Assembly (NCBI GenBank): GCA_017416345.1
Contig: JAFQCR010000004.1
Location: 51,783 to 115,782, forward strand
Reading direction: 5' to 3'
DNA from: Clostridia bacterium
GTDB taxonomy: Bacteria > Bacillota > Clostridia > Oscillospirales > Acutalibacteraceae
Length of the DNA stretch: 64,000 nt
Below the pieces are notes generated by a model. That model made no database searches and was not told the origin of the DNA. It saw only the letters and a list, made by a program, of their open reading frames with translations. Positions 1 through 10,108 of this stretch are shown here, piece by piece (within the stretch, counting starts at the first letter, position 1; the number at the start of each line of letters is the position of its first letter). Made by a program: the position numbers and the translations under genes.

Positions 1-272
1 TCAAGCTCGGAATGTATATCGGCGTCGGCGGTGTCGTGACCTTTTCGAACGCACGCAAGCTGGTCGAAACGGTCGAGGCGATCCCGCTTGAGAGGATATT
101 GCTTGAGACCGATGCGCCGTATCTGTCACCCGTGCCCTACCGTGGCAAGACCTGCCATTCGGCATATATCTACTACACGGCAATGAAGATTGCCGAAATC
201 AAGAATATAAGCGTCAACGAGGTGCTGAGAGTCACCCTTGATAATGCTAAAGAATTATTCTCAATTAAATAA
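1..272 (+). CDS. TatD-family metal-dependent hydrolase, C-terminal fragment (gene runs off the 5' edge)
   Basis: The frame is open to the window start and stops at TAA 270-272. The translation ...ILLETDAPYLSPVPYRGK...NVSVNEVLRVTLDNAKELF carries the C-terminal TatD/YabD-type ETDAPYL motif. Confidence 0.75.
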   Translation, partial: KLGMYIGVGGVVTFSNARKLVETVEAIPLERILLETDAPYLSPVPYRGKTCHSAYIYYTAMKIAEIKNISVNEVLRVTLDNAKELFSIK

Positions 273-286
273 AAGGTGGTTTATTT

Positions 287-1327
287 ATGATCAAGTCAAC
301 ATCATTCGGCATGACCCCTGACGGCCGTGAGGCCAGGCTCTACAAGCTTAAAAGAGGCAAATACACAGCCTATGTTACCGACTTTGGTGCAACCTTGGTA
401 AAATTCTGCGGACCCGACCGTGACGGCAATGACACCGACGTGGTTTTGGGCTTCGACAGCGTTGAGCCTTACACCGGTAAGATCGGCTATATGGGCGCTA
501 CCATCGGCCGCTTCGGCAACCGTATCGAGGGCGGCAAGTTCACCCTTAACGGCAAGGAATACACCCTTGCAACCAACAACGGCGCAAACCACCTGCACGG
601 CGGAAACGTTGGCTTCAGCCACCGTTTCTTCAACGTGCGTGACATCAACAATCACACCATCGAGTTTAGTCTCTTGAGCCGTGACGGTGACGAGGGCTAC
701 CCCGGTAACCTTGATATGCAGATCACATATTCGTTGAAGCTTGACGGCACTCTGGTGCTGGATTACTATGCCATCAGCGATGCCGACACCGTTGTAAACT
801 TCACCAACCACTCTTATTTCAACCTCAACGGTGCCGAAGATCCCGGCAATATTCTCGACCACACCCTGCAGATGTCGGCTTCGGCCTTCTGTGAGACCGA
901 TGATGCCTGCCTTGCCAACGGCAATATTTTGTCGGTTCGCAATACCGCATTCGACTTCAGAGAGGGTAAGAGGTTGGGAGATGCCATCAACTCCGACTAC
1001 GGCCCTGCCAAGACGGTAAACGGCATTGACCACAACTTTATTCTTGACGGCAAGGGCTACCGTGAGTTTGCACGTCTTTACAGCGACAAGACCGGTATCG
1101 AGATGATCTGCTTCACCGATCAGCCCGGCTGTCAGATCTACGCAGGTAACGGCATGAAGCCGCTCACAGGTAAGTACGGTGCCGAGTATGAGCGCTACGG
1201 TGCGGTCTGCCTTGAAACTCAAGGCTATCCTAACTCGACCTCGTTTGCACACTTCCCGTCACCTGTCCTCAAAAAGGCCGAGATCTATCGCAGAACCACC
1301 GCCTACAAGCTTACCGTAAAGGGATAA
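287..1327 (+). CDS. galM: aldose 1-epimerase (galactose mutarotase)
   Basis: A 346-aa ORF preceded by an AAAGGTGG RBS. Mutarotase-like motifs are present: GFDS..PY, NGANHLHGG, GDEGYPGNL, FTNHSYFNL, CLETQGYPNS. Confidence 0.85.
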   Translation: MIKSTSFGMTPDGREARLYKLKRGKYTAYVTDFGATLVKFCGPDRDGNDTDVVLGFDSVEPYTGKIGYMGATIGRFGNRIEGGKFTLNGKEYTLATNNGANHLHGGNVGFSHRFFNVRDINNHTIEFSLLSRDGDEGYPGNLDMQITYSLKLDGTLVLDYYAISDADTVVNFTNHSYFNLNGAEDPGNILDHTLQMSASAFCETDDACLANGNILSVRNTAFDFREGKRLGDAINSDYGPAKTVNGIDHNFILDGKGYREFARLYSDKTGIEMICFTDQPGCQIYAGNGMKPLTGKYGAEYERYGAVCLETQGYPNSTSFAHFPSPVLKKAEIYRRTTAYKLTVKG

Positions 1328-1344
1328 ATCTTAATATCAGTTCA

Positions 1345-1379
1345 AAAACCGCCGATATTTTTACATATCGGCGGTTTTT
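1345..1379 (+). terminator. intrinsic terminator after galM
   Basis: The stem aaaaccgccgatat / atatcggcggtttt flanks a 6-nt loop and runs into a T tract. Confidence 0.8.
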
Positions 1380-1421
1380 ATTGCGTTTTTGACCTTTTTA
1401 GACTGTTGTTGTGAATTTTAG

Positions 1422-1450
1422 TTGACAATTTCAAATGTTAACTATATAAT
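1422..1450 (+). promoter_or_regulatory. sigma-A-type promoter (TTGACA-17 nt-TATAAT)
   Basis: Perfect consensus hexamers at 1422-1427 and 1445-1450 with a 17-nt spacer, about 40 nt upstream of the 1492 ORF. Confidence 0.55.
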
Positions 1451-1491
1451 AATGAAAGATAAAGCGACATTATAAGAGGTAAAGCGACAAA

Positions 1492-1848
1492 TTGGGATTA
1501 TTCGATCATTTTAAAAACAAACAAAAACAAAATGATTTTATTTTTTGCGAAGCCGAGGATCATTGTTATCCCGAGGTCTATTTTGACGTGACCTTATCGA
1601 CACCTGTGTCGCACAAGGTCGGCAAGGACATCGAGCTGGAATTTTTCAAGTTTATGCATAGCTGGAAAAAGCGGCATTTGTACTGTATTCAGTTCATCTG
1701 CCTGCACAAGGTTATCGAGGAGACCGACACGGTGCGTATCGCCGTTGATTTCGGATTCTGCAAGCCGAAGATCGTCAAAGGGCTTATCAAGTGGCTAAGA
1801 AGGTCGAAACTTCCTATAAAAAAGGTCATAATGCACAGCGATGATTAA
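1492..1848 (+). CDS. hypothetical protein (118 aa, TTG start)
   Basis: The ORF sits between a consensus promoter and a strong bidirectional terminator. An AAGAGG RBS lies 12 nt upstream. I recognise no family. Confidence 0.5.
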   Translation: MGLFDHFKNKQKQNDFIFCEAEDHCYPEVYFDVTLSTPVSHKVGKDIELEFFKFMHSWKKRHLYCIQFICLHKVIEETDTVRIAVDFGFCKPKIVKGLIKWLRRSKLPIKKVIMHSDD

Positions 1849-1858
1849 AGTACAAAAA

Positions 1859-1896
1859 GCGGTAAGTGTCTGTTTTCGGACACTTACCGCTTTCTT
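1859..1896. terminator. bidirectional intrinsic terminator between convergent genes
   Basis: A 12-bp stem gcggtaagtgtc / gacacttaccgc with an A tract 5' and a T tract 3'. Confidence 0.75.
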
Positions 1897-2604
1897 TTAA
1901 TACAGTTCGATCCCCAACTGATTGAGCATAAGCTGAACACTTGTGGAATTTCGGGCAAACTGTGTTGCCGTAACGCCGAGATTATAGTATTTTTCGGCAT
2001 CGGCACGGGTGAAATAGGCACCTGCGGTGCCGTCAGCCTCGGCTGACGAGGGGTACTCCCAGTTGACCGTAGCAATATTGTTGACCATCGACATCACGGC
2101 GCAGGAATATTTTATCATATCGTGCTCCCAACGGTCAAAGCCGTCGGACGGAACATCGTGCGTAAGCTTGAATTTCAAGGTTATGCTGTAGGGCTTGGCT
2201 TGGTTTTGCACCTCAAGCTCAAAATCACCCAGCTCGTCCCTCACCTGCAAAAATTCCAGCATTTCGGAAAGCTTTGAAGGGTCGGTGATATCGGGATTCT
2301 TCATTGCAAAAAGCTTTTCGGCATCCTCGGTCGGTGTGGTGGCATCCAAAAGCTCCTCAAAGGTGTGCTTCGGCAGACCGTTATTGTGGATGCTCTCGGT
2401 GGGTGAGACGATGACCGTTATGATGACCAGCGGTACGCCAACCAGCAGCACCACCAAGGCTATAAACACGGTCAGCACTATCTTGCCTATCTTTTTGGGC
2501 TTTTTGGGTGCGGCACCGACCTCGTCGGCCTTTTTGCGGTCGGAGCGTTCAAATATCATACTGTCCTTAACAGAAAATTCGTCATTATGCTTTTTCTTGG
2601 CCAT
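1897..2604 (-). CDS. membrane-anchored protein, DUF4825-like ectodomain
   Basis: The 235-aa product has a basic N-terminus and one TM helix (IVLTVFIALVVLLVGVPLVIITVIV). Its ectodomain pattern (KLSEMLEFLQV..., ...YSITLKFKL..., SMVNNIATVNWEY) resembles DUF4825 as I remember it. Confidence 0.65.
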   Translation of the reverse strand: MAKKKHNDEFSVKDSMIFERSDRKKADEVGAAPKKPKKIGKIVLTVFIALVVLLVGVPLVIITVIVSPTESIHNNGLPKHTFEELLDATTPTEDAEKLFAMKNPDITDPSKLSEMLEFLQVRDELGDFELEVQNQAKPYSITLKFKLTHDVPSDGFDRWEHDMIKYSCAVMSMVNNIATVNWEYPSSAEADGTAGAYFTRADAEKYYNLGVTATQFARNSTSVQLMLNQLGIELY

Positions 2605-2841
2605 AATTTTCCCCTTGAAACTGTGGTTTATGTGTTTTAACTATTTTATCATACAAATGTTAAAATTTCAATATATCAATGATATATATACATCTCACTA
2701 CTGCATTTGACACTTTAACAGAGCTTCTGCAGTTTTTCTGTAATGCACAAAAAATGATGTAAAGTATCGTTTAAAATATCAATCGAAAAGAAAAGGGAAA
2801 TGTGCTATAATTATGTTATAAATATTCTTGGAGGATCGACC

Positions 2842-3222
2842 GTGAAAGAAAACACCACATCAAATGTGCTGAAATATTTTGCCTTTGTTTTGGCGGATAT
2901 CGGGTTTGCGGTATTTTTTGTGATATGTATGAATGACGGCCCCTCGGGTAAAGGAACGCCGCTGACCGTGCTGGGAGTATTTGCGGCGCTTTTGTACCCA
3001 ATAGTAAGAGGCATTGTTTCTTATAAAGTTCTCCGTAATATTTGGTTGCCAAATTTGATATTTTCGGTTGAGATCTATTTTATCCCACCACTGCTGATTG
3101 GTGATTTTTCCGGACTTATATCCCCAAGCGGACTTATTTTTGCGGTGATCATTTTCTGCATTCCTACCGTTGCTTCGGCAATCACTTCTGCTGCAACGAG
3201 ATCGCAAAAAGATGAGGAATGA
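2842..3222 (+). CDS. small integral membrane protein (about 126 aa, GTG start)
   Basis: Four hydrophobic segments. The track ORF starts at 2800, but GGAGGA (2830-2835) sits 6 nt before GTG 2842, so I use the later start. Confidence 0.55.
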   Translation: MKENTTSNVLKYFAFVLADIGFAVFFVICMNDGPSGKGTPLTVLGVFAALLYPIVRGIVSYKVLRNIWLPNLIFSVEIYFIPPLLIGDFSGLISPSGLIFAVIIFCIPTVASAITSAATRSQKDEE

Positions 3223-3240
3223 ACTTTAAATTCTCGAAAA

Positions 3241-3267
3241 GCGGGTGGCGTTGGCCACCCGCTTTTT
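3241..3267 (+). terminator. intrinsic terminator
   Basis: Stem gcgggtggc / gccacccgc followed by TTTTTT. Confidence 0.8.
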
Positions 3268-3400
3268 TAAGCAATAGGATATTATATACAGCAACATCTA
3301 AAATAAAAGATCACAAAGCCGAAAACTCTTAAAACCGCTCTTTACATTATGAATAATTTGTGGTAAAATAACTCTATTATATATAAGGAAGTGTTTTTAC

Positions 3401-3670
3401 ATGAAAGCAGTTTTGACCGTTGTCGGTAAAGATGCCGTCGGTATTTTGGCCAAGGTATCGACCGAGTGCGCAAAGTATAACGTTAATATTCTCGACGTTT
3501 CGCAGTCTATCTTGCAGGATATGTTCTGTATGATAATGATCGGTGACGTTGATAAGCTCAATATCCCGTTCGGCGATTTCAGCGATGCTATGGCAAAGCT
3601 CGGCAAGGAAATCGGCATGGACGTCCACGTTATGCACGAGGATCTTTTTAACTCAATGCACAGAATCTGA
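3401..3670 (+). CDS. ACT-domain protein (UPF0237 family)
   Basis: The 89-aa product begins MKAVLTVVGKDAVGILAKVS...YNVNILDVSQ, typical of stand-alone ACT proteins that precede UPF0210 genes. Confidence 0.85.
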   Translation: MKAVLTVVGKDAVGILAKVSTECAKYNVNILDVSQSILQDMFCMIMIGDVDKLNIPFGDFSDAMAKLGKEIGMDVHVMHEDLFNSMHRI

Positions 3671-3681
3671 GGTGTACTTAA

Positions 3682-5046
3682 ATGTTAGAAACAAGAGATA
3701 TTCTTGAAACCATAAGCATGATACAGGACGAGAACCTTGATATCCGTACCGTTACCATGGGTATCTCGTTGCTTGACTGTATCGACAGTGATATTGATAA
3801 GGCCTGTGCCCGTGTTTATGAAAAGATAACCACCAAGGCCAAAAATTTGGTTCCCGTTTGCGAGGAGATCGAGAAGGAGCTTGGCATCCCCATCATCAAC
3901 AAGCGAATCTCGGTCACCCCTATTGCGATGATCGCCGCTGCCTGCCGCTCCAAGGAGGTCGTGAAGTTTGCTATCACGCTTGAAAAAGCGGCGAGAGAGG
4001 TTGGCGTCAACTTCATCGGCGGATATTCTGCGCTTGTGCAAAAGGGTTTTGCCGCAGGTGATAAGGAGCTTATCGAAAGCATCCCCGAAGCCTTGAGCGT
4101 TACCGACCACATCTGCTCGTCGGTCAACATCGGCTCGACTAAAACGGGTCTTAATATGGACGCTATTGCGATGATGGGTAACGTTGTACGCAAAGCCTCC
4201 GAGCTTACCGCCGACCGTCAGTGCATCGGTGCCGCAAAGCTGGTCGTTTTCTGCAACGCTCCCGAGGATAACCCCTTTATGGCAGGCGCATTCCACGGTC
4301 CCGGTGAACCCGACTGTGTTATCAACGTCGGCGTTTCGGGTCCCGGTGTTGTCCGTGCCGCATTGGCACGTCCCGAAGCTCAGGGCCTTGACCTTTCGGG
4401 TGTTGCCGATCTTATCAAGCGTACCGCATTCAAGATCACCCGTATGGGTCAGCTTGTTGCACAGCGTGCCAGCCAGCGCTTGGGCGTTCAGTTCGGCATT
4501 ATCGACCTGTCTTTGGCCCCCACTCCTGCAGTCGGTGACTCGGTTGCACATATTTTGGAGGAGATCGGTCTTGAATCGGTCGGTGCCTGCGGCACCACCG
4601 CCTGCCTTGCCATGCTCAACGATGCCGTCAAAAAGGGCGGTGTTATGGCATCCAGCCACGTCGGCGGTCTTTCGGGCGCATTCATCCCCGTGACCGAGGA
4701 CGCAGGCATGATCGACGCCGCAAGAAGCGGTGCTTTGACAATTGAAAAATTAGAGGCTATGACGGCCGTTTGCTCGGTCGGTCTTGATATGATAAACATC
4801 CCCGGTGATACCCCCGCCGAGGTCATTTCGGCCATTATCGCCGATGAGGCCGCAATCGGAATGGTCAACTCCAAGACCACCGCCGTCCGTGTTATCCCTG
4901 CCATCGGTTTGAAGGTGGGCGAGGAGCTTAACTTCGGCGGTCTGTTGGGCTCGGGCCCCGTTATGCCGGTCAGCAAGTATTCTCCGCTCAAATTCATTTC
5001 CCGTGGCGGAAGGATCCCTGCACCGTTGCAGAGTCTCAAAAACTAA
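3682..5046 (+). CDS. UPF0210 / DUF711 (PFL-like) family protein
   Basis: A 454-aa ORF 11 nt downstream of the ACT gene with a GAGGTG RBS. The N-terminus [27 protein letters not shown] is characteristic of UPF0210. Confidence 0.85.
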   Translation: MLETRDILETISMIQDENLDIRTVTMGISLLDCIDSDIDKACARVYEKITTKAKNLVPVCEEIEKELGIPIINKRISVTPIAMIAAACRSKEVVKFAITLEKAAREVGVNFIGGYSALVQKGFAAGDKELIESIPEALSVTDHICSSVNIGSTKTGLNMDAIAMMGNVVRKASELTADRQCIGAAKLVVFCNAPEDNPFMAGAFHGPGEPDCVINVGVSGPGVVRAALARPEAQGLDLSGVADLIKRTAFKITRMGQLVAQRASQRLGVQFGIIDLSLAPTPAVGDSVAHILEEIGLESVGACGTTACLAMLNDAVKKGGVMASSHVGGLSGAFIPVTEDAGMIDAARSGALTIEKLEAMTAVCSVGLDMINIPGDTPAEVISAIIADEAAIGMVNSKTTAVRVIPAIGLKVGEELNFGGLLGSGPVMPVSKYSPLKFISRGGRIPAPLQSLKN

Positions 5047-5065
5047 CCTTATTTTAAAAGCTAAA

Positions 5066-5102
5066 AGCCGACCGTCTGCTTTAGAAAGTAAGGCGGTCGG
5101 CT
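5066..5102 (+). terminator. stem-loop terminator after UPF0210 gene
   Basis: Stem agccgaccg / cggtcggct with a long loop and a weak T/A tract. Confidence 0.5.
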
Positions 5103-5172
5103 TATTATATTAGCGCCGATGTGCATAAATTAAGTATTTGCGTTAAGAAAATTAAGTTTTGGCGGTTTTTGC

Positions 5173-5201
5173 TTGACTAATTCAGAATAATTTAGTAAAA
5201 T
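5173..5201 (+). promoter_or_regulatory. candidate promoter of citrate synthase (TTGACT-17-TAAAAT)
   Basis: Hexamers at 5173-5178 and 5196-5201 with 17-nt spacing. Confidence 0.45.
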
Positions 5202-5267
5202 ATTGCCTAATAACTTAAAAATTTTAAGAAACCCGCCGAGGATGCGGGCTTTAAATGAGAGGTCACT

Positions 5268-6683
5268 ATGTCTGATAATGAATTTTATGTTCCCGACGGC
5301 TATTTCGGCCGACTTTCGGAGGAATACAAGAAGCACAATTCAATACCTGCTTCCGATTTTGAACGCTACAACGTCAAGCGTGGCTTGAGAAATTCCGATG
5401 GCACGGGCGTTCTTGCAGGCGTAACACAGATCTGTAACGTTCACGGATACCTGCTCAACGAGGGTGAGCGTATGCCCATCCACGGCGAGCTGACCTACCG
5501 TGGCTATTCCATCGAGGATCTTGTTGATAATTGCATTGAGGAAAACCGTTTTGGCTTTGAGGAGGTTGCATACCTTCTTATGATGGGCAAGCTGCCCACC
5601 GATGAGGAGCTCAATGAGTTCAACAAGGTGGTCGGCTCTATGCGTATGCTGCCCGATTATTTTGCCGAGGATATGATACTGCGTCTGCCCAGCCGCAACA
5701 TTATGAGCAACCTTTCCCGTGCGGTGCTTGCTTTGTCGCCGTTTGACGAGAGAGCCGACGATAACTCGCTTGAGAACAATCTGCGTCAGAGCATCGAGCT
5801 TTTTGCACGTTTCCCGATAATCGTTGCTTATGCCTATCAGGCCAAGAAGCATTTTTACGATAAGGAAAGCCTTTATATGCATTTCCCCAAGCCGGAGCTT
5901 TCCACGGCCGAGAATATTCTGCATATCATCCGTCCCGACTCGAGCTATACCGAGGATGAGGTTCATCTTTTGGACCTTGCGTTGATGCTCCATGCAGAGC
6001 ACGGCGGCGGTAATAATTCGACCTTCACCACCCGTGTGCTGACCTCGTCGGGCACCGATATTTATTCGGCCATTGCAGGCTCGGTAAGCTCCTTGAAGGG
6101 CCCCAAGCACGGCGGTGCCAATATCAAGGTCTGCGAAATGATGGACGACATCAAGAAGAACGTCAAGAATTGGGACGATGACGGCGAGCTTGCCGATTAT
6201 CTCACAAAGATACTCAAAAAGCAGGCCTTTGACGGAACAGGTCTTGTTTACGGTATGGGTCACGCTATTTACACTCTTTCCGACCCCAGAGCCGTGCTGC
6301 TCCGTCGCAGCGCCGAGGATCTTGCTATCAAAAAAGGCAGAATGGATGAGCTGAAGCTTATGGACAGAATAGCCGAGCTGACACCCCATCTGTTTGCTGA
6401 GGTTAAGGGCGGAAGCAAGATAATCTGCCCCAATGTTGACTTCTATTCCGGCTTTGTATATTCTATGATGGGTCTGCCGGTCGAGATGTATACCGCATTG
6501 TTCGCAATCTCCCGTGTGGCAGGCTGGTGCGCCCACCGTGCCGAGGAGCTGACCACCGGCGGCCGTATCATCCGTCCTGCCTATAAGAGCACCATTCATC
6601 CGCTTACCTACGTTCCGATCCACGACCGTGTTGAGATCGACCAGCGTCAGGCCGAGCTTTCCAAGATCAAGCACTTGTTTTAA
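5268..6683 (+). CDS. gltA: citrate synthase (Si-type citrate/2-methylcitrate synthase family)
   Basis: A 471-aa ORF with family motifs LMLHAEHGGGNNSTF, GPKHGGAN, GMGHAIY and DFYSG. Confidence 0.9.
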   Translation: MSDNEFYVPDGYFGRLSEEYKKHNSIPASDFERYNVKRGLRNSDGTGVLAGVTQICNVHGYLLNEGERMPIHGELTYRGYSIEDLVDNCIEENRFGFEEVAYLLMMGKLPTDEELNEFNKVVGSMRMLPDYFAEDMILRLPSRNIMSNLSRAVLALSPFDERADDNSLENNLRQSIELFARFPIIVAYAYQAKKHFYDKESLYMHFPKPELSTAENILHIIRPDSSYTEDEVHLLDLALMLHAEHGGGNNSTFTTRVLTSSGTDIYSAIAGSVSSLKGPKHGGANIKVCEMMDDIKKNVKNWDDDGELADYLTKILKKQAFDGTGLVYGMGHAIYTLSDPRAVLLRRSAEDLAIKKGRMDELKLMDRIAELTPHLFAEVKGGSKIICPNVDFYSGFVYSMMGLPVEMYTALFAISRVAGWCAHRAEELTTGGRIIRPAYKSTIHPLTYVPIHDRVEIDQRQAELSKIKHLF

Positions 6684-6688
6684 AATCA

Positions 6689-6727
6689 AAAGCTGTATCA
6701 CTTCATTGAAGCGATACAGCTTTTTGT
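6689..6727. terminator. bidirectional terminator between convergent genes
   Basis: Stem aaagctgtatc / gatacagcttt with an A tract upstream and a T tract downstream. Confidence 0.75.
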
Positions 6728-8266
6728 TTATTCTGCGGTTATCATATAGGTGCAGTTGGGAGTAAGTTTTAAAGTGAACTTGTCGTTATTGTTATAGACA
6801 AATTCTGCGACAGGTTTCAGTTTGCCTTCCTCACGAAGCAGGGCGATTTCTTCCTTGGTGGGATTCTTGCCAATGCCGTTTTTCTGTGCCAGGCGGTAGG
6901 GGTTGGTGGTGTCCTTGTCGATACACCAGACCGTTATCTTTTTACCGTTCATATCGGTGCCCAAATCAACCGTTTCGGTCATTTCGGGGATATTTTCCTC
7001 AAAATACTCATCGCAGTAGGTCAGCATGACTGCCAGATTACCGTTTTCATCCTTGGTGGGAACGGCAAAGATGTTTTGGTTTTCGGTTTCATAAGAAAGC
7101 AACCCTTCGTGTAGCTTTGCGGCAAGGCAGAATGCGTTGTAGATGGGCTTTCTTATGAAATTGAGGGTGAAGAAGTTGCGGAATCCCGAAAAATCCTCGG
7201 TCATATCGTGCTGACCCGAAAGACATATCAGCATCTTCTTGATGGGGTAGCCTTCCTCAATAAAGTCGTGGATCATCTTGGTGAGGTATGCGGAATAGAC
7301 CTCTTTTTCACGGAAGATAAGCGGAGGATACTCCTCAACGTTCTTGAAGCCTATGTTGCAGGCGCCCCATTCGTCGAGGATGATGTCGGTATCCTGGAAA
7401 CCTTGCTTTTCGATGACGTCAAAATAATATTTAAGCTTTGCCTTTTGGTTTTCGATGCACAGCTTTTGCTCACCTGCAGACAACTGACCGACGTTTGCAC
7501 CGTATGCGTGAAGCGAAAGGTAGTCAAACTGCAGGTTTTTCTCTTTGACGTAGCTCAAAAACTTATCAAGGAAAATGTATGCCAGATTTGCGCCGCACAT
7601 TACAGGTCCACCCATTATGAGATTTTTGGAAACGCGGCGGATTCCGTCGTGGAAGCCTTGGTAAAGCTTGCAGTATTCCGTGGCTCTGATGGCATTGTTT
7701 TCGATAGCCCATTCATCACGGGTCTTATCCCCTTGGGGGTTTATCTTGGCGATGTTGCCCATAAAATAATGGTTGTTATCAGGCTCGTTAAAGCATTGCA
7801 GGTACCATTTTGAAACCCTTTCCTCACCGTAGCGCTCGACGATGTGCTTGGTGTACTGATAGCACAGCTCCTCCCACAGCTTATAGTCGATAGGGGTGGA
7901 GGTGTTTATCATTTTACCCTTATAACGGGTAGATACCTTGGCGTTGCTGGACACCGCTTCGGGGTCGGAGGCAATGCAGGGAGGAATATAGGCGTAACAC
8001 AGCATAATGTTAAAGCCTTTTTCGATCATATAATCCAAACGCAGGTCATTAACACGGAAATCGTACTTATAACCGCCGTTGCCGTCGTCGTACATAATGT
8101 CCTCAAACATCGGGTACATTCTGACCGTGTCTATCGACTTGTCCTCAGCAATGGTGTCGAGTATGCGCTTGCCCCACGGGTCCTCAATGGCATCGGTAGG
8201 GTGGAACATAAAATTGCTCCAGAAGTTGTGTTGTTGCTTGATAATTTCGTTGTTTATTTTAAGCAT
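6728..8266 (-). CDS. clan GH-A glycoside hydrolase, GH39-like, no signal peptide
   Basis: A 512-aa ORF. WYLQCFNEPDN is an acid/base NEP motif and IILDEWG is a candidate nucleophile motif, the layout I recall for GH39 beta-xylosidase/iduronidase-type enzymes. Confidence 0.55.
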   Translation of the reverse strand: MLKINNEIIKQQHNFWSNFMFHPTDAIEDPWGKRILDTIAEDKSIDTVRMYPMFEDIMYDDGNGGYKYDFRVNDLRLDYMIEKGFNIMLCYAYIPPCIASDPEAVSSNAKVSTRYKGKMINTSTPIDYKLWEELCYQYTKHIVERYGEERVSKWYLQCFNEPDNNHYFMGNIAKINPQGDKTRDEWAIENNAIRATEYCKLYQGFHDGIRRVSKNLIMGGPVMCGANLAYIFLDKFLSYVKEKNLQFDYLSLHAYGANVGQLSAGEQKLCIENQKAKLKYYFDVIEKQGFQDTDIILDEWGACNIGFKNVEEYPPLIFREKEVYSAYLTKMIHDFIEEGYPIKKMLICLSGQHDMTEDFSGFRNFFTLNFIRKPIYNAFCLAAKLHEGLLSYETENQNIFAVPTKDENGNLAVMLTYCDEYFEENIPEMTETVDLGTDMNGKKITVWCIDKDTTNPYRLAQKNGIGKNPTKEEIALLREEGKLKPVAEFVYNNNDKFTLKLTPNCTYMITAE

Positions 8267-8268
8267 TA

Positions 8269-9231
8269 TTATTCCTCCGTTGCGTCTAAAATGCCTTTTA
8301 AGTATCCGATTGCAAACAGTCTGCCCAAAGCATCGTAACCGGGCAGGGTGGAGATCTCACCTGCCATGGTGGGGACGTGGTCAACACGGATGGGAACGTT
8401 TACGCCGTTTTTGACGTAAGCCTTCATAATTTTTGCCATATCAATGTCGCCGTTGTCGTGATAGGTCTCACGGAAGTGGTCGGGTGTGCCGGTCGTATTG
8501 CGGAAATGCACCATAAAGATCTTGCCGGCAAACTCTTCAATGGTCTTTTCCAAATCCTCACCCATTATAAAGTAGTTGGCCTGACACATTGTAATACCGA
8601 GGCTGTCCGACTTGACGATACCGTAGACCGCCTTTTTGATGTTCTCCTTTGAGATCATAATTCGCTCGACATCACCAAGACGTGGTACGGGCGGATCATC
8701 GGGGTGAAGTCCCAGCTTTATGCCGTATTTTTCAGCGTGGGGTACAACTGCCTTGACAAAATACTCATAGTTTGCCCATAATTCCTCGGCAGTGATCTTA
8801 GCACCCGTAGGTTTGAAATCGGCCATATTGAACTCGGTCACCTTGGCACCGCCACGCTCGGGGAACTCCGACGAGGTGCGAAGCCAACCGATGTGTGCCA
8901 TAAAGTTGAAGCATATTGTGGTAATACCGTGAGCCGCCATGTTAGGAAACATCGAAATGACCTTGTCTATTGCCCAATCACGCAGTTCGTCGCCTGCCTT
9001 GATGTGGTCGTGAAGCTCGTTGGGCATAGGCTCGATAGCCACGGGGGTTATGCCGAAATCGTTGAACTTTTTTACCAAGGCATCCCAATGCGATTTATCG
9101 GCATAGTCAAATTTGCCGTCCTCGGGCAGGCGGATAACACCGTGCTTAACACCCGAAGCAATGGCAAAATCCCATGTGGTATCGTGTTCGGGACGGAAAT
9201 AATCTGCAAGTATCATATTGTCCTCCATCAA
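8269..9231 (-). CDS. uxuA: mannonate dehydratase
   Basis: The 320-aa product aligns with UxuA blocks: ICFNFM..GWLRT, LGLHPDDPP, ITMCQAN, HFRN, VDHVP, LPGYDALGRL. Confidence 0.85.
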   Translation of the reverse strand: MMEDNMILADYFRPEHDTTWDFAIASGVKHGVIRLPEDGKFDYADKSHWDALVKKFNDFGITPVAIEPMPNELHDHIKAGDELRDWAIDKVISMFPNMAAHGITTICFNFMAHIGWLRTSSEFPERGGAKVTEFNMADFKPTGAKITAEELWANYEYFVKAVVPHAEKYGIKLGLHPDDPPVPRLGDVERIMISKENIKKAVYGIVKSDSLGITMCQANYFIMGEDLEKTIEEFAGKIFMVHFRNTTGTPDHFRETYHDNGDIDMAKIMKAYVKNGVNVPIRVDHVPTMAGEISTLPGYDALGRLFAIGYLKGILDATEE

Positions 9232-10076
9232 ACACCCGAAAGGGTCAAAAATCCGCCGTCAACAGGGACGGTGATGCCGGTAACAAAACCTGCGGCCTCG
9301 TCGTCGATAAGCCAACGGATGGCACCGCACATATCGTGAGCCGAGCCGAAGTTGCCCATGGGAGTGTGGTCGATAACATCCTTGCCACGCTTGGTGAGAC
9401 CCTCCTCAACGGTGCCTAAAATCAGCTTGCTTCGGGGGTTCAGGATAAATCCGGGAGCAACTGCGTTGATGCGGATGCCCGTCTTGGCAAAGTAAGCGGC
9501 AAAGGCTTGAGTGAAGTTGGCAACAGCAGCTTTACTCATTGCATAGGCAAAGTTGCGGGTAAGAGGGCAGTAGGTGTTCATTGAAGCGAAGTTGATGATG
9601 CTACCGCCGCCCTGCTTGACCATATATTTTGCAAATGCCAAGAGGGGATAAACGGTGCCCATGGTGTTGAGCTTGATAATATTCTCAAAAACATCCATAT
9701 CGACGTTGTAAATACCGACAAGATCCTCGGGACGGTCGTCCTCAAGCTCTCGGGGGTCAAACTCTACGATCTTGGGCTGACATTTTGCGTTGTTTCCGCC
9801 TGCACCGTTGATGAGGAAATCACAACGGCCACAGGTTTTGATGACCTCGTCGGCAAGGGCATCGACTGCGGCCTTGTCCATAACATTGCAGGAATAAGCC
9901 TTGCACTCGCCGCCGTTCTGACGGATCTCCTCGGCTACCTTTTCGGCATTTTCAAGCGAAAGGTCTACCAACACAACAAAGCAACCTCTGGATGCAAGAT
10001 CACGGGAAACCTCGGAACAAATTACGCCTGCCGCACCCGTTACAACGGCAACCTTACCTTCATACTGTTTACTCAT
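9228..10076 (-). CDS. SDR-family oxidoreductase, likely fructuronate/mannonate oxidoreductase (B. subtilis UxuB/YjmF type)
   Basis: TGAAGVIC Rossmann motif and YAMSKAA (YxxxK). Its stop overlaps the uxuA start by 4 nt. Confidence 0.7.
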   Translation of the reverse strand: MSKQYEGKVAVVTGAAGVICSEVSRDLASRGCFVVLVDLSLENAEKVAEEIRQNGGECKAYSCNVMDKAAVDALADEVIKTCGRCDFLINGAGGNNAKCQPKIVEFDPRELEDDRPEDLVGIYNVDMDVFENIIKLNTMGTVYPLLAFAKYMVKQGGGSIINFASMNTYCPLTRNFAYAMSKAAVANFTQAFAAYFAKTGIRINAVAPGFILNPRSKLILGTVEEGLTKRGKDVIDHTPMGNFGSAHDMCGAIRWLIDDEAAGFVTGITVPVDGGFLTLSGV

Positions 10077-10108
10077 TTTTATTTCTCCTTTATATCTATT
10101 CGTTTTTG

